From: Malacoraja senta
Taxonomy: Eukaryota
Assembly (NCBI GenBank): GCA_038087875.1
Contig: CM075991.1
Coordinates: 12,774,001 to 12,838,000, forward strand
DNA: 64,000 bases
Direction of reading: 5' to 3'
A program made the translations under genes and the position numbers. The stretch's first letter is position 1. Each line of letters starts with the position of its first letter. The notes under the pieces were generated by a model. The model saw only the letters and a list, made by a program, of their open reading frames with translations, did no database searches and was not told where the DNA came from. Below, in pieces: positions 36,601 to 49,201 of this stretch.

Positions 36601-39409
36601 GATTCCCACTGCAATATCAGTCCTTTGTCAACTTTTAGCCCAGGACAGTCATGTACTTAATCTCCAAGTAACTCCGCCAAACTTTCCAGGGTGCTTCCTG
36701 CTACTTAAATGTCATCATTTGTCACATAACTTCCTGCTTCCTTCTTAATTACCATGCAGTTGAGACCAGCCCTCTCACAGGCTGCTACAGTGCAGACACT
36801 CCACACTGTGGTGGCACCTCTACACACGTCACAACACACATTTAATTACTTTCCTCTCTGCTTCAGAATTCCTGCTCCAGAGATTCCAGCAGATTATCCA
36901 GGTTAGCTCAACACTAAGTCACGCCCTGATATGTTGTCTGCTCCCCCTCCACAAGCCTGACCTGCTGAGTTACTCGAGTCATTCGTGTTTTGCTCAAATT
37001 CCAACATCTGTCGTTCTTTGTGTAAATGATTAGCTCCTCAGTGGAGTAGTAGCAGAATATTACAGCCTCAGAGATAAGACTTTTGGATCAGATGTTACAC
37101 AAATGATAAACAAGGCATCTTCAAATATTTCAATACTTTTTCAAATATATAGTTTATTCATAATGGTATACACAGGATATTACAGTTACAATTTAGTTTA
37201 TGGTCACGTGTACCGAGGTACAGTGAAAATCTTTTGTTATCCAGTCAGCAGAAAGACAATACATGATTACAGTCGAGCCACTCACAGTGTATAGATACAT
37301 GATAAGGGAATAACGTTTAGTGCAAGGTAAAGCCAGCAAAGTCCGATCAAGGATAGTCCGAGGGTCACCAAAGAACTAGATAGTAGTTGTAATCAGGATA
37401 TATAAACAGTACATGACAATATATTCAGTAACTCAGCAGGACAGGCAGCATCCCTGGAGAGAAGGAATGGGTGACGTTTTGGGTCGAGACCCTTCTTCAG
37501 GTCTGAAACCTCGCCCATTCCTTCTCTTCAGAGATGCTGCCTGTCCCGCTATGATACTCCAGCATTTTGTGTCTATCTTTGGTGTAAACCTGCTTCTGCT
37601 GTTCCTTCCTACACAATATAATCAGTACATGACAATATAACCAGTACTTGTCTTTATTTACGGAAACACAAGCTGCTGGAATCTTGAGTGAAAAACAAAG
37701 CGCTGGAAGGGCTCAGTGGGTCAGGCAGCATCTGTGGAGGTGACTGATGTGGTGCCTAGTCTGCTGAGGTCCACCAGCAGTTTGCTTCTAACTCATGCCT
37801 TTCTTTGCATTCATTGTATCACTGAACTGATGCATGGTTCATGGGCCATGGTTCCTTTTTAAACAGTGCACCCATGCAGTATGTGAGCCGACCCCCGTTC
37901 CCCATCCATATACTGATAGTCTTGTGTAGGAAGGAACTGCAGGTGCTGGTTTAAACCAAAGATAGACACAAAAAGCTGGAGTAACTCAGCGGGACAGGCA
38001 GCATCTCTGGAGAATAGGAATAGTCTTGCATGGATTCTGCACAGAGGTTTTGTTTTGTTTTTCAAACTCTTTGAATCACTTCCCTCTGGAAGGCGACTCC
38101 GGACTGTCTAAGCTGCCACGGCCAGACATTAAAACAGCTTTTTTCCATGAGTAGCAGCTCTACTCAATAACCAAAAGTCTGTAGCCTCCTTTTGCTCTGG
38201 TATTTTATTTAATTCACATGTTTAGTCAATAATGTTTTATTATGAATGTTTAATGTTTTATGTGTCATTCCTAACTGTCACTGTATGTCATGTTGTCACT
38301 TGCGGGCGGAGCACCAAGGCAAATTCCTTGTATGTGAATACTTGGCCAATAAACGTATTCATTCATAAATGTGGGTCTACCCCAGCTAGATTATGAGGAG
38401 GTACACAAAAATGCTGGAGAAACTCAGCGGGTGCAGCAGCATCTATGGAGCGAAGGAAATAGGTAACGTTTCGGGCCGAAACCCTTCTTCAGACCTACTT
38501 TTGTGTACCTTCGATTTTCCAGCATCTGCAGTTCCTTCTTTAACACATAGATTATGAGGAGCCAGGTTTAGACATCATTAACTTCTTGCCAATTAACTGC
38601 AGACATGCAGTAATGCAAGGATCAGGTTTAAGGATTTGTTTGGTGCCTTTGATGAGTATTTTTGCAAAGCTTTTTAATCGTAGCCGTCTCGTGACACTAC
38701 CAGCCTCATCCAAATGCCAAGACAGAACAGCAAGTGGAGACTTTGCTTTTTCCTTTCTTCTCCCCACCCCACTCTACATCAGTCTGAAGGGTTTTGACCC
38801 GAAACGTCACCTATTCCTTCGCTCCATAGATGCTGCCTCACCCGCTGAGTTTCTCCAGCACTTTTGCCTACCTTCGATTTTCCAGCATCTGCAGTTCCTT
38901 CTTAAACACTTTGAGGAGATGTTGGCTGCAGCCCTGGGAGAGCTCCCTCGCACTGTAACTTACGGTTATGTAGCACAGTAACTTCATGGGACATCATGGG
39001 ACTATTAGCAACATTCGTCAGAGCCATTTATGGGAAAAGGTTGTCTTTTGACAAGAGTATGTCCTTACTGACAAGAGTGGGTTTTGAGGAGGCTGTTAAA
39101 GCAGGAGATATTTCCACAGCCTAGTGTTGATCCTCATTTTCTGCTTCTGGGTTTCATGGTCATGATTGATAGGAGCATAAGGCCATTCGGCCCAAGTGTA
39201 CACCATAGCTGATCTAACACTCCCTCCTAACCCCATTCTCCTGCCTTCTTCCCATAACCTCTGACACCCGCACTAATCAGGAATCTATCTATCTCTGACT
39301 TGTGGCCTCCACAGCCTTCATTGGCAAAGAATTCCACAGATTCACCCCCCTCTGACGAATGAAATTCCTCCTCATCTCCTTCCTAAAGGAGCGTCCTTAC
39401 ACCATTTTA

Positions 39410-39925
39410 TATTGGACCTGGAAGTAAACAGCACCTTCCCGCGGCTCCGGCATGAAACGACGCCTTGTTTGTCTGGGCAGCGACAGCCTGCCAGCAATCC
39501 AACCCTCCCTCCCTCCCTCCCTCCCTCCCTGCCTGTCTCCCTGCCTGTCTCCCTGTCTCAGCCCACACTCCCCGCCCCACTCGCAGCGGCCCAGTGGACA
39601 GGAGAGGGGAGAGGGACAGAGGAGAGGAGAGAAGTGAGAGGAAGAGGGGAGAGAGACAGAGAGAGAGAGACAGAGGGAGAGAGACAGAGGGAGAGGAGAG
39701 AAGAGAGAGGAAGAGGGGAGAGAGACAGAGGGAGAGAGACAGAGGGAGAGAGACAGAGGGAGAGGAGAGAAGAGAGAGGAAGAGGGGAGAGAGACAGAGG
39801 AGAGGAAGAGGGGAGAGAGATAGAGGAGGGGAAAGAGGAAAGAAGGGCTCGGGGTGACGGGACGGGACGCGGCGCCGGGACAGCTGGAGATGAGGCGGAC
39901 TGGGTAGACAGCCCCAAGCCCCTGG
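39410..39925 (+). promoter_or_regulatory. GGCX: CpG-rich GGCX promoter and first exon (donor after 39925), divergent from VAMP8
   Basis: CpG-rich flanks around a GA-rich repeat (39600-39840); CCTGG|gtgagt donor; frame is open into exon 2 but has no in-frame ATG. Confidence 0.6.
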
Positions 39926-40538
39926 GTGAGTGCAACTGTTCCGGAGCTGGCGGCTCTCTCTCCCCACCCCCACCCCCCATGTCCACGGCCAAAAATGCTG
40001 GAGAAACTCAGCGGGTGAGGCAGCATCTATGGAGCGAAGGAAATAGGTGATTTCGGGTCGAGACCCTTCCTCAGACTGAAGAAGTGTGTGTGAGACTCTG
40101 TGTGTGAGTGAGTGTGTCTGGATCTACATACAACACTCATCATTTCCTGTCATGGGGCATAGAAGCAGGCCCTTTGGCCCATCGAGATAGTACCACCTTC
40201 AGTCTGACCCGAAACGTCACCCATTCCTTCTCTCCAGAGATGCTGCCTGTCCCACTGAGTTACTCCAGCACTTTGTGTCTATCTTTGATTTAAACCAGCA
40301 TCTGCAGTTCTTTCCTGGACACCAAGCCCCCACCTTCCATGAATCCCAGTTCATTCTCCCCATGTCCCCTCCAACTTGCCCTGGGAACCACACATGACCA
40401 CGGGCCCCGTGCTGGAGGGTGGGGTTAGGTTGGGTCGCCCTTGCTTCACTAACGTGGAGGAATGGCCACGGGTGTTATGTTGATGAGCCCAGTGGGCAGT
40501 GTTGTGGGCAGTGATGACTGCCTGTCTTGTTGCTCCAG

Positions 40539-40718
40539 GTGAGTCTCAGCGGGCCAGAGGCAGTGATGAGAAGGATGCGGTGATGGAGCAGAACGAGAGC
40601 AAAATGAAGAGGATCTTTGGGTTTGAGTTGTCCGATTTCAGAAGTTGGCATCGGTTTGTCTGTCTGCTGCACCGGCCCACCGACCCAGCCTCCCTGGGGG
40701 TCTTCAGGCTCCTCTTTG
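40539..40718 (+). CDS. GGCX: GGCX vitamin K-dependent gamma-glutamyl carboxylase exon 2 (first in-frame ATG at 40583)
   Basis: ctccag|...TTTG|gtgagt; ...KMKRIFGFELSDFRSWHRFVCLLHRPTDPASLGVFRLLF. Confidence 0.9.
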
Positions 40719-41912
40719 GTGAGTACAGATCTCACGTTCCTCTAGTGATGGGTCTTATGCTGAGTTATTGAGGCGCTGCAGGCTGTTCTCACCTGGACCT
40801 GGACCTATTCCCCTTCCTCCAGTCCCAGCTACCTCCCTGCCTCGAGCTTCACAATCCACAACTCTGTAATCTTTAATATCGAGTTTCTGATTTATTCCTC
40901 CTGGATAGTAAATGACAAGGTAATCAATAACCAGCGTACGTCAAGCCTGCCCTCAACTGAGCAGGGCCAGAACTGATCTTTGTTTAGTGATACAGTGTGG
41001 AAACAAGCCCTTTGGCCCTCTGAGTCCACGCTGACCAATGATCACCGGTGGACAAACATGCCGGAGAAACTCAGCGGGTGAGGCAGCATCTATGGAGCGA
41101 AGGAAAAAGGCAACGTTTAGACGCGAAACGTCACCTATTCCTTCGCTCCATAGATGCTTCCTCGCCCGCTGAATATCTCCAGCATTTTTGTCTACCTTCT
41201 ATTTTCACATCCTATCCTGATGTGAAATGTTCTTTTCATAACTATTCCAATTAAAATAACACCCGTCGATTAGTTCTTTCCAATCCCAGCCCTTTCCAGA
41301 TTTCCTTTGAAAACCAAAGTGTCCACATGCCCCGGGGCATAATTAGCCACACATGGCAGGCTAATGTTCTTCTGAGCTACACTGACCCAGTAGCTGCCTG
41401 CGTTTGTGTGTGGATTTTATATTCTGTTGTTAATTGGGACTGTACAAGAATTCTCTCTCAGAGTTGGTCGGAATGACCATTACTGCCGTGGCATTTTATT
41501 CACACTGCTCCAGTGTACTTTAACTTTAGTTTTTAGTTTAGAGATACACTGTGAAAACAGGCCCTTCGGCCCACCAAGCGATCACCCCGTACTATTCTAC
41601 ATAAGGGACAATTTCCAGCAGCCTTGGTCCATATCCCTCCAAACCTGTACATGTCTAACTGTTTATTAAACGTTGGGATAGTCCCAGCCTCAATGGCCTC
41701 CCTGGCAGCTGGTTCCCTGCACCAATTGTGGATGGTTTGATTGTAATCTTGTATCTTGGTACGGTTGATAATATTCAGCCACGCGCCGTACGCACCCTTC
41801 AGCTGTCCAATATCTCGGGGTCCTGTTGACAAATGAAGGGTTCAGCAGGAACTGGGTGGGGGGGATCTGTGGAGAACCACCGATCCAGCCTTTCTCTCTC
41901 TTCGCCCCACAG

Positions 41913-42071
41913 GCTTGCTGATGACCCTTGACATTCCACAGGAGCGGGGTCTGAGTTCTCTGGACCACAAATACTTTGATGACCTAGTTGTCTGCCGCTT
42001 TCCTCTCTTCAACTTCCTGAAGCCGCTTCCTTTGGACTGGATGTACGTGGTCTTTGTGGTCATGTGGCTCG
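41913..42071 (+). CDS. GGCX: GGCX exon 3
   Basis: [52 protein letters not shown]; ag/gt flanks, phase 1/1. Confidence 0.95.
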
Positions 42072-42685
42072 GTGAGTCTCAGACCGTTGCTCCCACTCAC
42101 AAACCAACCTCCCTACCAGCGACTCCATCTACACCTCACGCTGCCTCGACAAGGCCAGCAGCCCAGACCATCGCTCAAACCAACCTCCCTACTACTGACT
42201 CCATCTACACCTCACGCTGCCTCGACAAGGCCAGCAGCCCGGATCATCGTTCAAACCAGCCTCCCTACCACCGACTCCATCTACACTGACTACATTATAT
42301 CTGTGTCCCGCCTACTCCCCTGACATCAGTCTGAAGAAGGGTCTCGACCCGAAACGTCACCCGTTCCTTCCCTCCAGAGATGCTGCCTGTCCCACTGAGT
42401 TACTCCAGCTTTTTGTGTCTATCTTCGGTTTAAACCAGCATCTGCAGTCCTTTCCTACACAAACCCAAACGACTTCTAAATGGCAGCGATATCTCTGCTT
42501 GAACCACAACCTCCGGCAACCCGTTCCAGACCTCACCTCCCTCTGAGTAACAAGGACAGACCCACACATTTCCGTACTCGTGTGTTCAGATAGTTTCTGC
42601 TCACGTTCCCCTCAGCTTGACTGCACTTTGTGCCTGAGTTATTTGTAGAGAGTGATGTATTTACACTTTGTTCACCTTTCTCTAG

Positions 42686-42851
42686 GTGCGATGGGGATTA
42701 TGCTAGGCTGCTTCTACAGACTCTCCTGCCTGATGTTTTCCATCACATACTGGTACAACCTCCTCCTGGATAAAACGTCGTGGAACAACCACTCCTATCT
42801 GTATGGCCTCATTGGCTTCCAGCTCACCTTCATGGACGCCAACAGATACTG
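42686..42851 (+). CDS. GGCX: GGCX exon 4
   Basis: [18 protein letters not shown]...[30 protein letters not shown]. Confidence 0.95.
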
Positions 42852-43021
42852 GTAGGAAGTCGTGGTTTCAGCGAATACCATGTTCAGAAGCAAAAAAAGC
42901 AAAATATAGATCTGAAATAAGTGGAAATAATCAGCAGGTCAGTCAGGAACTGTAGAGAAAGACATCAGTGATGTTTCATGAGGGACTTAGAGGGGTTCTG
43001 GTATGTGTGGCAGTGGCCATC

Positions 43022-43437
43022 ACCCAGTGCCTGCTTCCTCTGGCAGGACAGTGCCCAGTGTCTGCCATCCTCTGGCAGTGGGACAATGCCCAGTGCCTGC
43101 CTCCACTGGCAGTGGGACAGTGCCCAGTGCCTGCCTCCACTGGCAGTGGGACAGTGCCCAGTGCCTGCCTCCACTGGCAGTGGGACAGTGTCCAGTGCCT
43201 GCCTCCACTGGCAGTGGGACAGTGCCCAGTGCCTGCCTCCACTGGCAGTGGGACAGTGCCCAGTGCCTGCCTCCACTGGCAGTGGGACAGTGCCCAGTGC
43301 CTGCCTCCACTGGCAGTGGGAGTGTCCAGTGCCTGCCATTCTCTGGCAGCGGGACAGTGCCCAGTGTCTGCCTCCACTGGCAGTGGGACAGTGCCCAGTG
43401 CCTGCCTCCACTGGCAGTGGGACAGTGCCCAGTGCCT
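43022..43437. repeat. 34-bp minisatellite, about 12 copies, GGCX intron 4
   Basis: cccagtgcctgcctccactggcagtgggacagtg; explains the repetitive ORFs in all frames here. Confidence 0.92.
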
Positions 43438-43623
43438 GTTCTGGTCTCCCAACAAAGCCATAACTGAGTTGCTGCTTTCTGTGGGAGCCAGTTGTGCAAG
43501 TTTGCTGCAGTTGTTGCAAACAACTTTCACTGGCCATCGAGTGGTTCCCACCGTAACGGTCAGTGTAAAACCACACTTCTGTCCTTCTCCAATATATGAT
43601 TATGTTTCTGAACCTATTGTTAG

Positions 43624-43702
43624 GTCTGTTGACGGTTTACGAAACCCAAAGAAGAGGAACGCTCAAGTACCACTGTGGAACTACACACTGCTGAGAACGC
43701 AG
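43624..43702 (+). CDS. GGCX: GGCX exon 5
   Basis: SVDGLRNPKKRNAQVPLWNYTLLRTQ; tag| ... |gttggt. Confidence 0.95.
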
Positions 43703-44209
43703 GTTGGTGTTTCAGTTACTAACCCGGGCGCTGCTCCTGGCACCTTGCCCGTCTCTGTGGGTTAAAGAGAGTGACGTCACCAACTCAAACACAACTGTTA
43801 TCAGGCAACTGAACCATCCAACCACAACTGGGGAGCGGTCCTGACCTCCCATCCACCTCATTGGTGACCCTCGGACTTTGCTGGCTTCTCACGTATCTGT
43901 ACACTGTGAATGGCTCGATCGTAATCATGTATTGTCTTTCCACTGACTGGTTAGCTTGCAACAAAAGCTTTTCACTGTACCTCGGTACACGTGACAATAA
44001 ACTACACTGAGACAGGAGTGACCATCAAGGGTTTGACCGTGGTTTGTCCGCCACCTGTACAGAAGCAGAGCGAGTAAACTCCTCGTGTGTATGAAGTGCT
44101 CCCTCAGCTCGTACCCAACACGAGCGCAGATAAACCGTACACATGAACATCACGCCAACCCTGCAATGTAGAAACAAGAAACTGCTGATACCGGATCACA
44201 TAAAAGGAC

Positions 44210-44540
44210 ACAGTGTGCTGGAGTAACTCAGTGGGTCAGGCAGCATCTGTGGAGAACATGGATAGGTGATGTTTCACAGAGTGCTGGAGTAACTCAGCGG
44301 GTCAGGCAGCATCTGTGGAGAACATGGATAGGTGACGTTTCACAGAGTGCTGGGGTAACTCAGCGGGTCAGGCAGCATCTGTGGAGAACATGGATAGGTG
44401 ATGTTTCACAGAGTGCTGGAGTAACTCAGCGGGTCAGGCAGCATCTGTGGAGAACATGGATAGGTGATGTTTCACAGAGTGCTGGAGTAACTCAGCGGGT
44501 CAGGCAGCATCTGTGGAGAACATGGATTGATGATATTTTG
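44210..44540 (-). repeat. 66-bp tandem array, about 5 units, of Penelope pLTR sequence
   Basis: Unit boundaries at 44275, 44341, 44407, 44473; reverse complement of the 22608 and 33695 arrays. Confidence 0.92.
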
Positions 44541-45317
44541 GGTTAGGAGTCTTCTTCTGACTCATTGTGTGTGGGGAGAGGGGGAGCTAATCCTACCTTG
44601 ATTCTGTTTTATCGTCTCCACATTCCACCACTCACCTGTACTCCACCACCCACCTGTACTCCACCAGCTGGTTCCAATAGCTGACTAACCCACTATGCCA
44701 CACACTCAGACAAATTATCCGATCCTGATATCATTGCCCAGTGCATCGTTTACAGGATGAATATTAGCAGCTCTGATTCCTGTATTTCTAACAGTAAGTT
44801 TCTGCAAAAACCTCCTTTTACTGGCTGCTTGTTGGTTTGAGGCAATCGGAGGCTGTGAGGGGCTCAGTGTAAATATCTAATTCTTTCTTTGCCACCTGTA
44901 AGGATAATGTCTGGACACCTTAATTTGCTTGCAAATCAAAAGACAAAATAGTGTCTGAGTTTATATATTCCAGGTGTACGTGAGGTGCCAGGACCCTGCC
45001 TCACTCTCGTTCTTCCAGTTCCGTGCAGCCGGAGAAGGAGTCATGTTACTTGCCCGGTATGAGGGGGAAATAGATTTCAACTCAAGGGGTATATTTGATG
45101 AGTGATGGTCAGTGTGGATATGATGGGCCGAAGGTCCGGAGTCTGTTCTGCACGACTGGGGCAATTGAGTTCATCCCAGCAGTTTCTCCACGGAAGGTCA
45201 TTCAGTGGTGAAACTGTGACTGTGTACAAAGTGTCAGGGTGAGAGGTAGCGTGGAGTTTGCTGCAGAATGTGCTGTGGTGTTGACCGGGCGTTGATGACA
45301 TTGGTCTTCCCTTGCAG

Positions 45318-45424
45318 ATCTTCATTGTCTACTTCATCGCGGGCGTGAAGAAGCTGGATGCCGATTGGGTGGAAGGTTACTCCATGAACCAGCTCGCTGG
45401 CCACTGGCTGTTTGATCCCTTCAA
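45318..45424 (+). CDS. GGCX: GGCX exon 6 (catalytic KK motif)
   Basis: [36 protein letters not shown]; gcag| ... |gtaagt. Confidence 0.96.
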
Positions 45425-45708
45425 GTAAGTTTACCCACAACCCATAAACTGCTGATTCTGCAGAAAAATATCTCCCTCGATGGAGTGAACACCCCAGGTA
45501 ATGTCGACCCTCCCGTTAACAGGTACCCGGAGCAGGAGCCCTTATTTACCACACTAACCTATCCTGACCATAGATGCTTCCCAAACTCCCAACTCACAAG
45601 TATTTAGTGTATTTGTCAAACTGCTTCAAGCCTTGGCTTTGGTGAGGGGAAATGTAACAAGTTAATGTTTAGTTTAGAGTTGAGATACAGTATGGAAACA
45701 GGCCCTTC

Positions 45709-45908
45709 NNNNNNNNNNNNNNNNNNNNNNNNNNNNNNNNNNNNNNNNNNNNNNNNNNNNNNNNNNNNNNNNNNNNNNNNNNNNNNNNNNNNNNNNNNNN
45801 NNNNNNNNNNNNNNNNNNNNNNNNNNNNNNNNNNNNNNNNNNNNNNNNNNNNNNNNNNNNNNNNNNNNNNNNNNNNNNNNNNNNNNNNNNNNNNNNNNNN
45901 NNNNNNNN
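45709..45908. other. Assembly gap (200 N), followed by a G-rich low-complexity tract to about 46235
   Basis: Run of N. Confidence 0.99.
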
Positions 45909-46327
45909 GATGGTGGGGGGGGGGGGGGGGACCGGGAGTGTGGGCTGGGATGGTGGGGGAGGGGGGGATGGGAGTGGGGCTGGATGGTGGTGGGGGGTGG
46001 ACTGGATGGTGGGGGGGAGAGGGGAGGGGGGGACTGGAGTGGGGCTGGATGGTGGTGGGGGGAGGACGGGCTGGATGGTGGTGGTGGGGGAGGGGGGGGA
46101 CTGGGAGTGGGGCTGGATGGTGGTGGTGGGGGAGGGGGGGACTGGATGGTGGGGGGGGGACTGGAGTGGGGCTGGATGGTGGTGGTGGGGGAGGGGGGGG
46201 GGCTGGGAGTGGGGTGGGTGGTGGGGGGGGGGTGGGAACAGGGGCTCTGCTGCCTGGACGTTCACCCACGTGGCTCCCTCAGGCAAGCATGAGACTGCTG
46301 TGTGACTGTCCTGTCTCTCCATCACAG

Positions 46328-46491
46328 GCTGCTGCTGTCGGAGGAGCTGGTGAACTTGCTGGTGGTCCATGGCGGTGGCCTGATGCTGGACCTCACCGCC
46401 GGCTACCTGCTCTTCTCAACGCCACCCGCCCCTTCGCCCTCACCTTTGTCTCTTACTTCCATTGCATGAACTCCCAGCTCTTCAACACTCG
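46328..46491 (+). CDS. GGCX: GGCX exon 7 (apparent -1 at about 46416 and +1 at about 46488)
   Basis: [29 protein letters not shown], then [23 protein letters not shown] in another frame. Confidence 0.88.
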
Positions 46492-46831
46492 GTAATGACA
46501 CCCGCCTTGCTGGTGCTGGGACCCACCCTAAACACCCTGCACTCACCCAGTCAAGGGTCAGTTCCCCCATCCCCTGGTGGGTGAAGTCTCTTCCCAGAGA
46601 GCAACTCCACAACCCAAACTGCCCCCCTCTGTAGAGGGAACCTGCACCTTCTGCCAATCTCACCTCCACCCCCCGACTCTCCACCTAATGGTGGGGGCAC
46701 TGGAACCAGGTGTCCAGCAGAGACTGAGCGTGACGTGGCTTGTCAGGGTGGCTGTTCCACACAAGAGTGCTGGCGGGGCTGGGGTTTGTGATTCAATGTT
46801 GTTGATGACTTTAACGTTACTCCCTCTGCAG

Positions 46832-47130
46832 GAATGTTCTCCTACACGATGCTGGCTACATCCCCGCTCTTTTGCTACCCCGACTGGCCAAGGCCAATAA
46901 TCCGGAGGTTCCCGGCATTCCTGAGGCACGTGTCCCCCCTGACGGAGGCTCCGGGGCGGAGCGCTTCCTGCGTGTATCCCAGCGACACACAGGGCGGAGA
47001 GGGAGTCGGGCAGCAGAGAGGCAGCAGCAAGCGGGCAACACACACACAACGCCAGCAGCTCGGGGCAGCCTTCGTTGTCCTCTACATTGCCGAGCAGTTC
47101 TTACTGCCGTATTCACACTTCATCACGCAG
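46832..47130 (+). CDS. GGCX: GGCX exon 8
   Basis: GMFSYTMLATSPLFCYPDWPR...QFLLPYSHFITQ. Confidence 0.95.
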
Positions 47131-48569
47131 GTGGGTGAGGAGAGAGCGGGACGATGAGGCTGTAACACACAAACAATGACAAGAGCCAGCTTGTCCCTAA
47201 CGCTCATCATTAACACCTCACCCCTCACCTGTGGAGGGTGTACGGAACGAGCTGCTAGAGGAGGTAGTTGAGGCAGGGACTATCGCAACAGTTTACAATC
47301 CTGACCAAAACGTCACCTATCCATGTTCCCCAGAGATGCTGCCTGACCCGCTGAGTTACTCCAGCACTCCTCACTACGGGTGCTGTCTGTACGGAGTTTG
47401 CACGTCCTCACCGTGACCTGCGTGGGTTTTCTCCGGGTGCTCCGGTTTCCTACCACACTCCAAAGACGTGCAGGTTTGTAGGTTAATTGGCTTGGTGTAA
47501 GTGTAAATTGTCCCTAGTGTGTGTAGGATAGTGTTAATGTGCGGGGATCGCTGGTCGGCGTGGTCTCGATGGGCCGAAGGGCCTGTTTCCGCGCTGTATC
47601 TCTAAACGGAACTAAAATAAAATAAAAACAAAACTAAGCTGATCACAGCGCTCATGCAGTTTCCCAGGCTCTGCTGATCTGCACTGTGGGAGCAGTCACA
47701 GCCAAAGATCCTACAGCATATTAGCTATAGGTCACAGCAGCGACTGATTCCAATCACCTCCTTGTGTCAACAGTGAGGTCCCTGAGCCCAGGCTGCCTGT
47801 TGCATGGACTCGCCCTTCTGGATCTGGCCACTAGAGGGGAGTGTTTCTCCATGCTGAACCCATATCAGTAACCCTAACCCTTCTCTCCACAGATGCTGCC
47901 CGTCCCGCTGAGTTACTCCGGCACTTTGTGTCTACCTTCGATTTATTTGAATGATGGACACAGTGTGCTGGAGTAACTCAGCGGGACAGGCAGCATCTCT
48001 GGAGAGGGTGACGTTTCGTGTTGAGACCCTTCTTCAGACTTTGGGTCAGGGGAGAGGGAGACGAGATATGGAAGGGTGCAAACAATGTAAGGTGTGAAAA
48101 GGACAGATCAAAGCAGACGGTGATCAAGGATATGACATACAGACAGCAGCAGGCTATTCGGCCCATTGAGTATTGAATTGCCTATTCATGGTGGCGCAGC
48201 GGTAGAACGCAGCGCCAGAGACCCGGGTTCGATCCCGACTACGGGTGCTGTCTGTACGGAGTTTGTACGTTCTCCCCGTGACCCGCGTGGGTTTTCTCCG
48301 AGATCTTCAGTTTTCTCCCACAATCCAAAGACGTGCAGGTTTGCAGGTTAATTGGCTTAGTGTAAGTGTAAATTGTCCCTAGTGTGTGTAGGGTAGTGTC
48401 AGTGTGTGGGGATCACTGGTCGGTGCGGACTCGGTGGGCCGAAGGGCCTGTTTCTGCACTGTATCTCTAAACGAAACTAAAAGTATTCCTGATCCACCTA
48501 CCCCACACATTGTATCTTGGTATTCCTGCACTCCTCATGAATGCTAGTGGCAGCACAATCCTTGTTATA

Positions 48570-48665
48570 ATACACACGTGTGGGACCGTGGATATACACA
48601 CGTGTGGGACCGTGGATATACACACGTGTGGGACCGTGGATATACACACGTGTGGGACCGTGGAT
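48570..48665. repeat. 24-bp tandem repeat x4
   Basis: atacacacgtgtgggaccgtggat. Confidence 0.9.
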
Positions 48666-49201
48666 CTCTCATGACTAGTTATTGGGTGCAGTTAGTTAGT
48701 ATTTCAGCGGACTGCTAAGGAAACGCAATGGGCTGTTAGTTATAGGGGTGTTAGTGATAGGGGGAGGTCAGGTAGTCTGGGCTTGTTTCCCAGAGTGATG
48801 GTGCAGCTGAGTGGTGACCTGGTCGAGGTGTATACGGTTATGATCGGCATAGAGTGTGTATTCATGGTGAGTGTGTATTCATGGTGGGGGGATGCAAAAC
48901 AGGAGCACATTGTTTCACAATGAGAGGATGCAGATTTAAAAGGGATCTTGGGGGATAGTTTTGTTTTGCACTGAATGGTTGATATCTGGAATCAGATAGA
49001 ATTGGTGTGTTTATGTGGCATTTAGAAAGGCACAAGTGGACAAGGCATAGAAGGGTAGGGTGCTAATGTGGGCTAATGGAATGAGCGTAGCAGGACTATG
49101 CGGATGATGTGGGCGCGGTGGGCTGAAGGACCCGTTTCTGTGGCGTACAACTCTACAAGTCATTAGTCACTCACCCAGAGTAAGTCGGCAAGAATAGAAG
49201 T

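Noticed and set aside
36753..36755. Alternative VAMP8 start exon ATG|gtaatt
   Set aside because: Phase-compatible, but weaker Kozak and donor than 36586-36600; cannot be excluded without cDNA.
39397..40050. Long Arg/Glu-rich and Ser/Leu/Pro-rich ORFs
   Set aside because: Arise from the GA-rich simple repeat.
42965..43765. Six overlapping 150-265 aa ORFs
   Set aside because: A 34-bp stop-free minisatellite; only 43624-43702 is a real exon.
45616..46370. Pro-rich and Gly/Trp-rich ORFs
   Set aside because: They run through the N gap and a low-quality G-rich tract.
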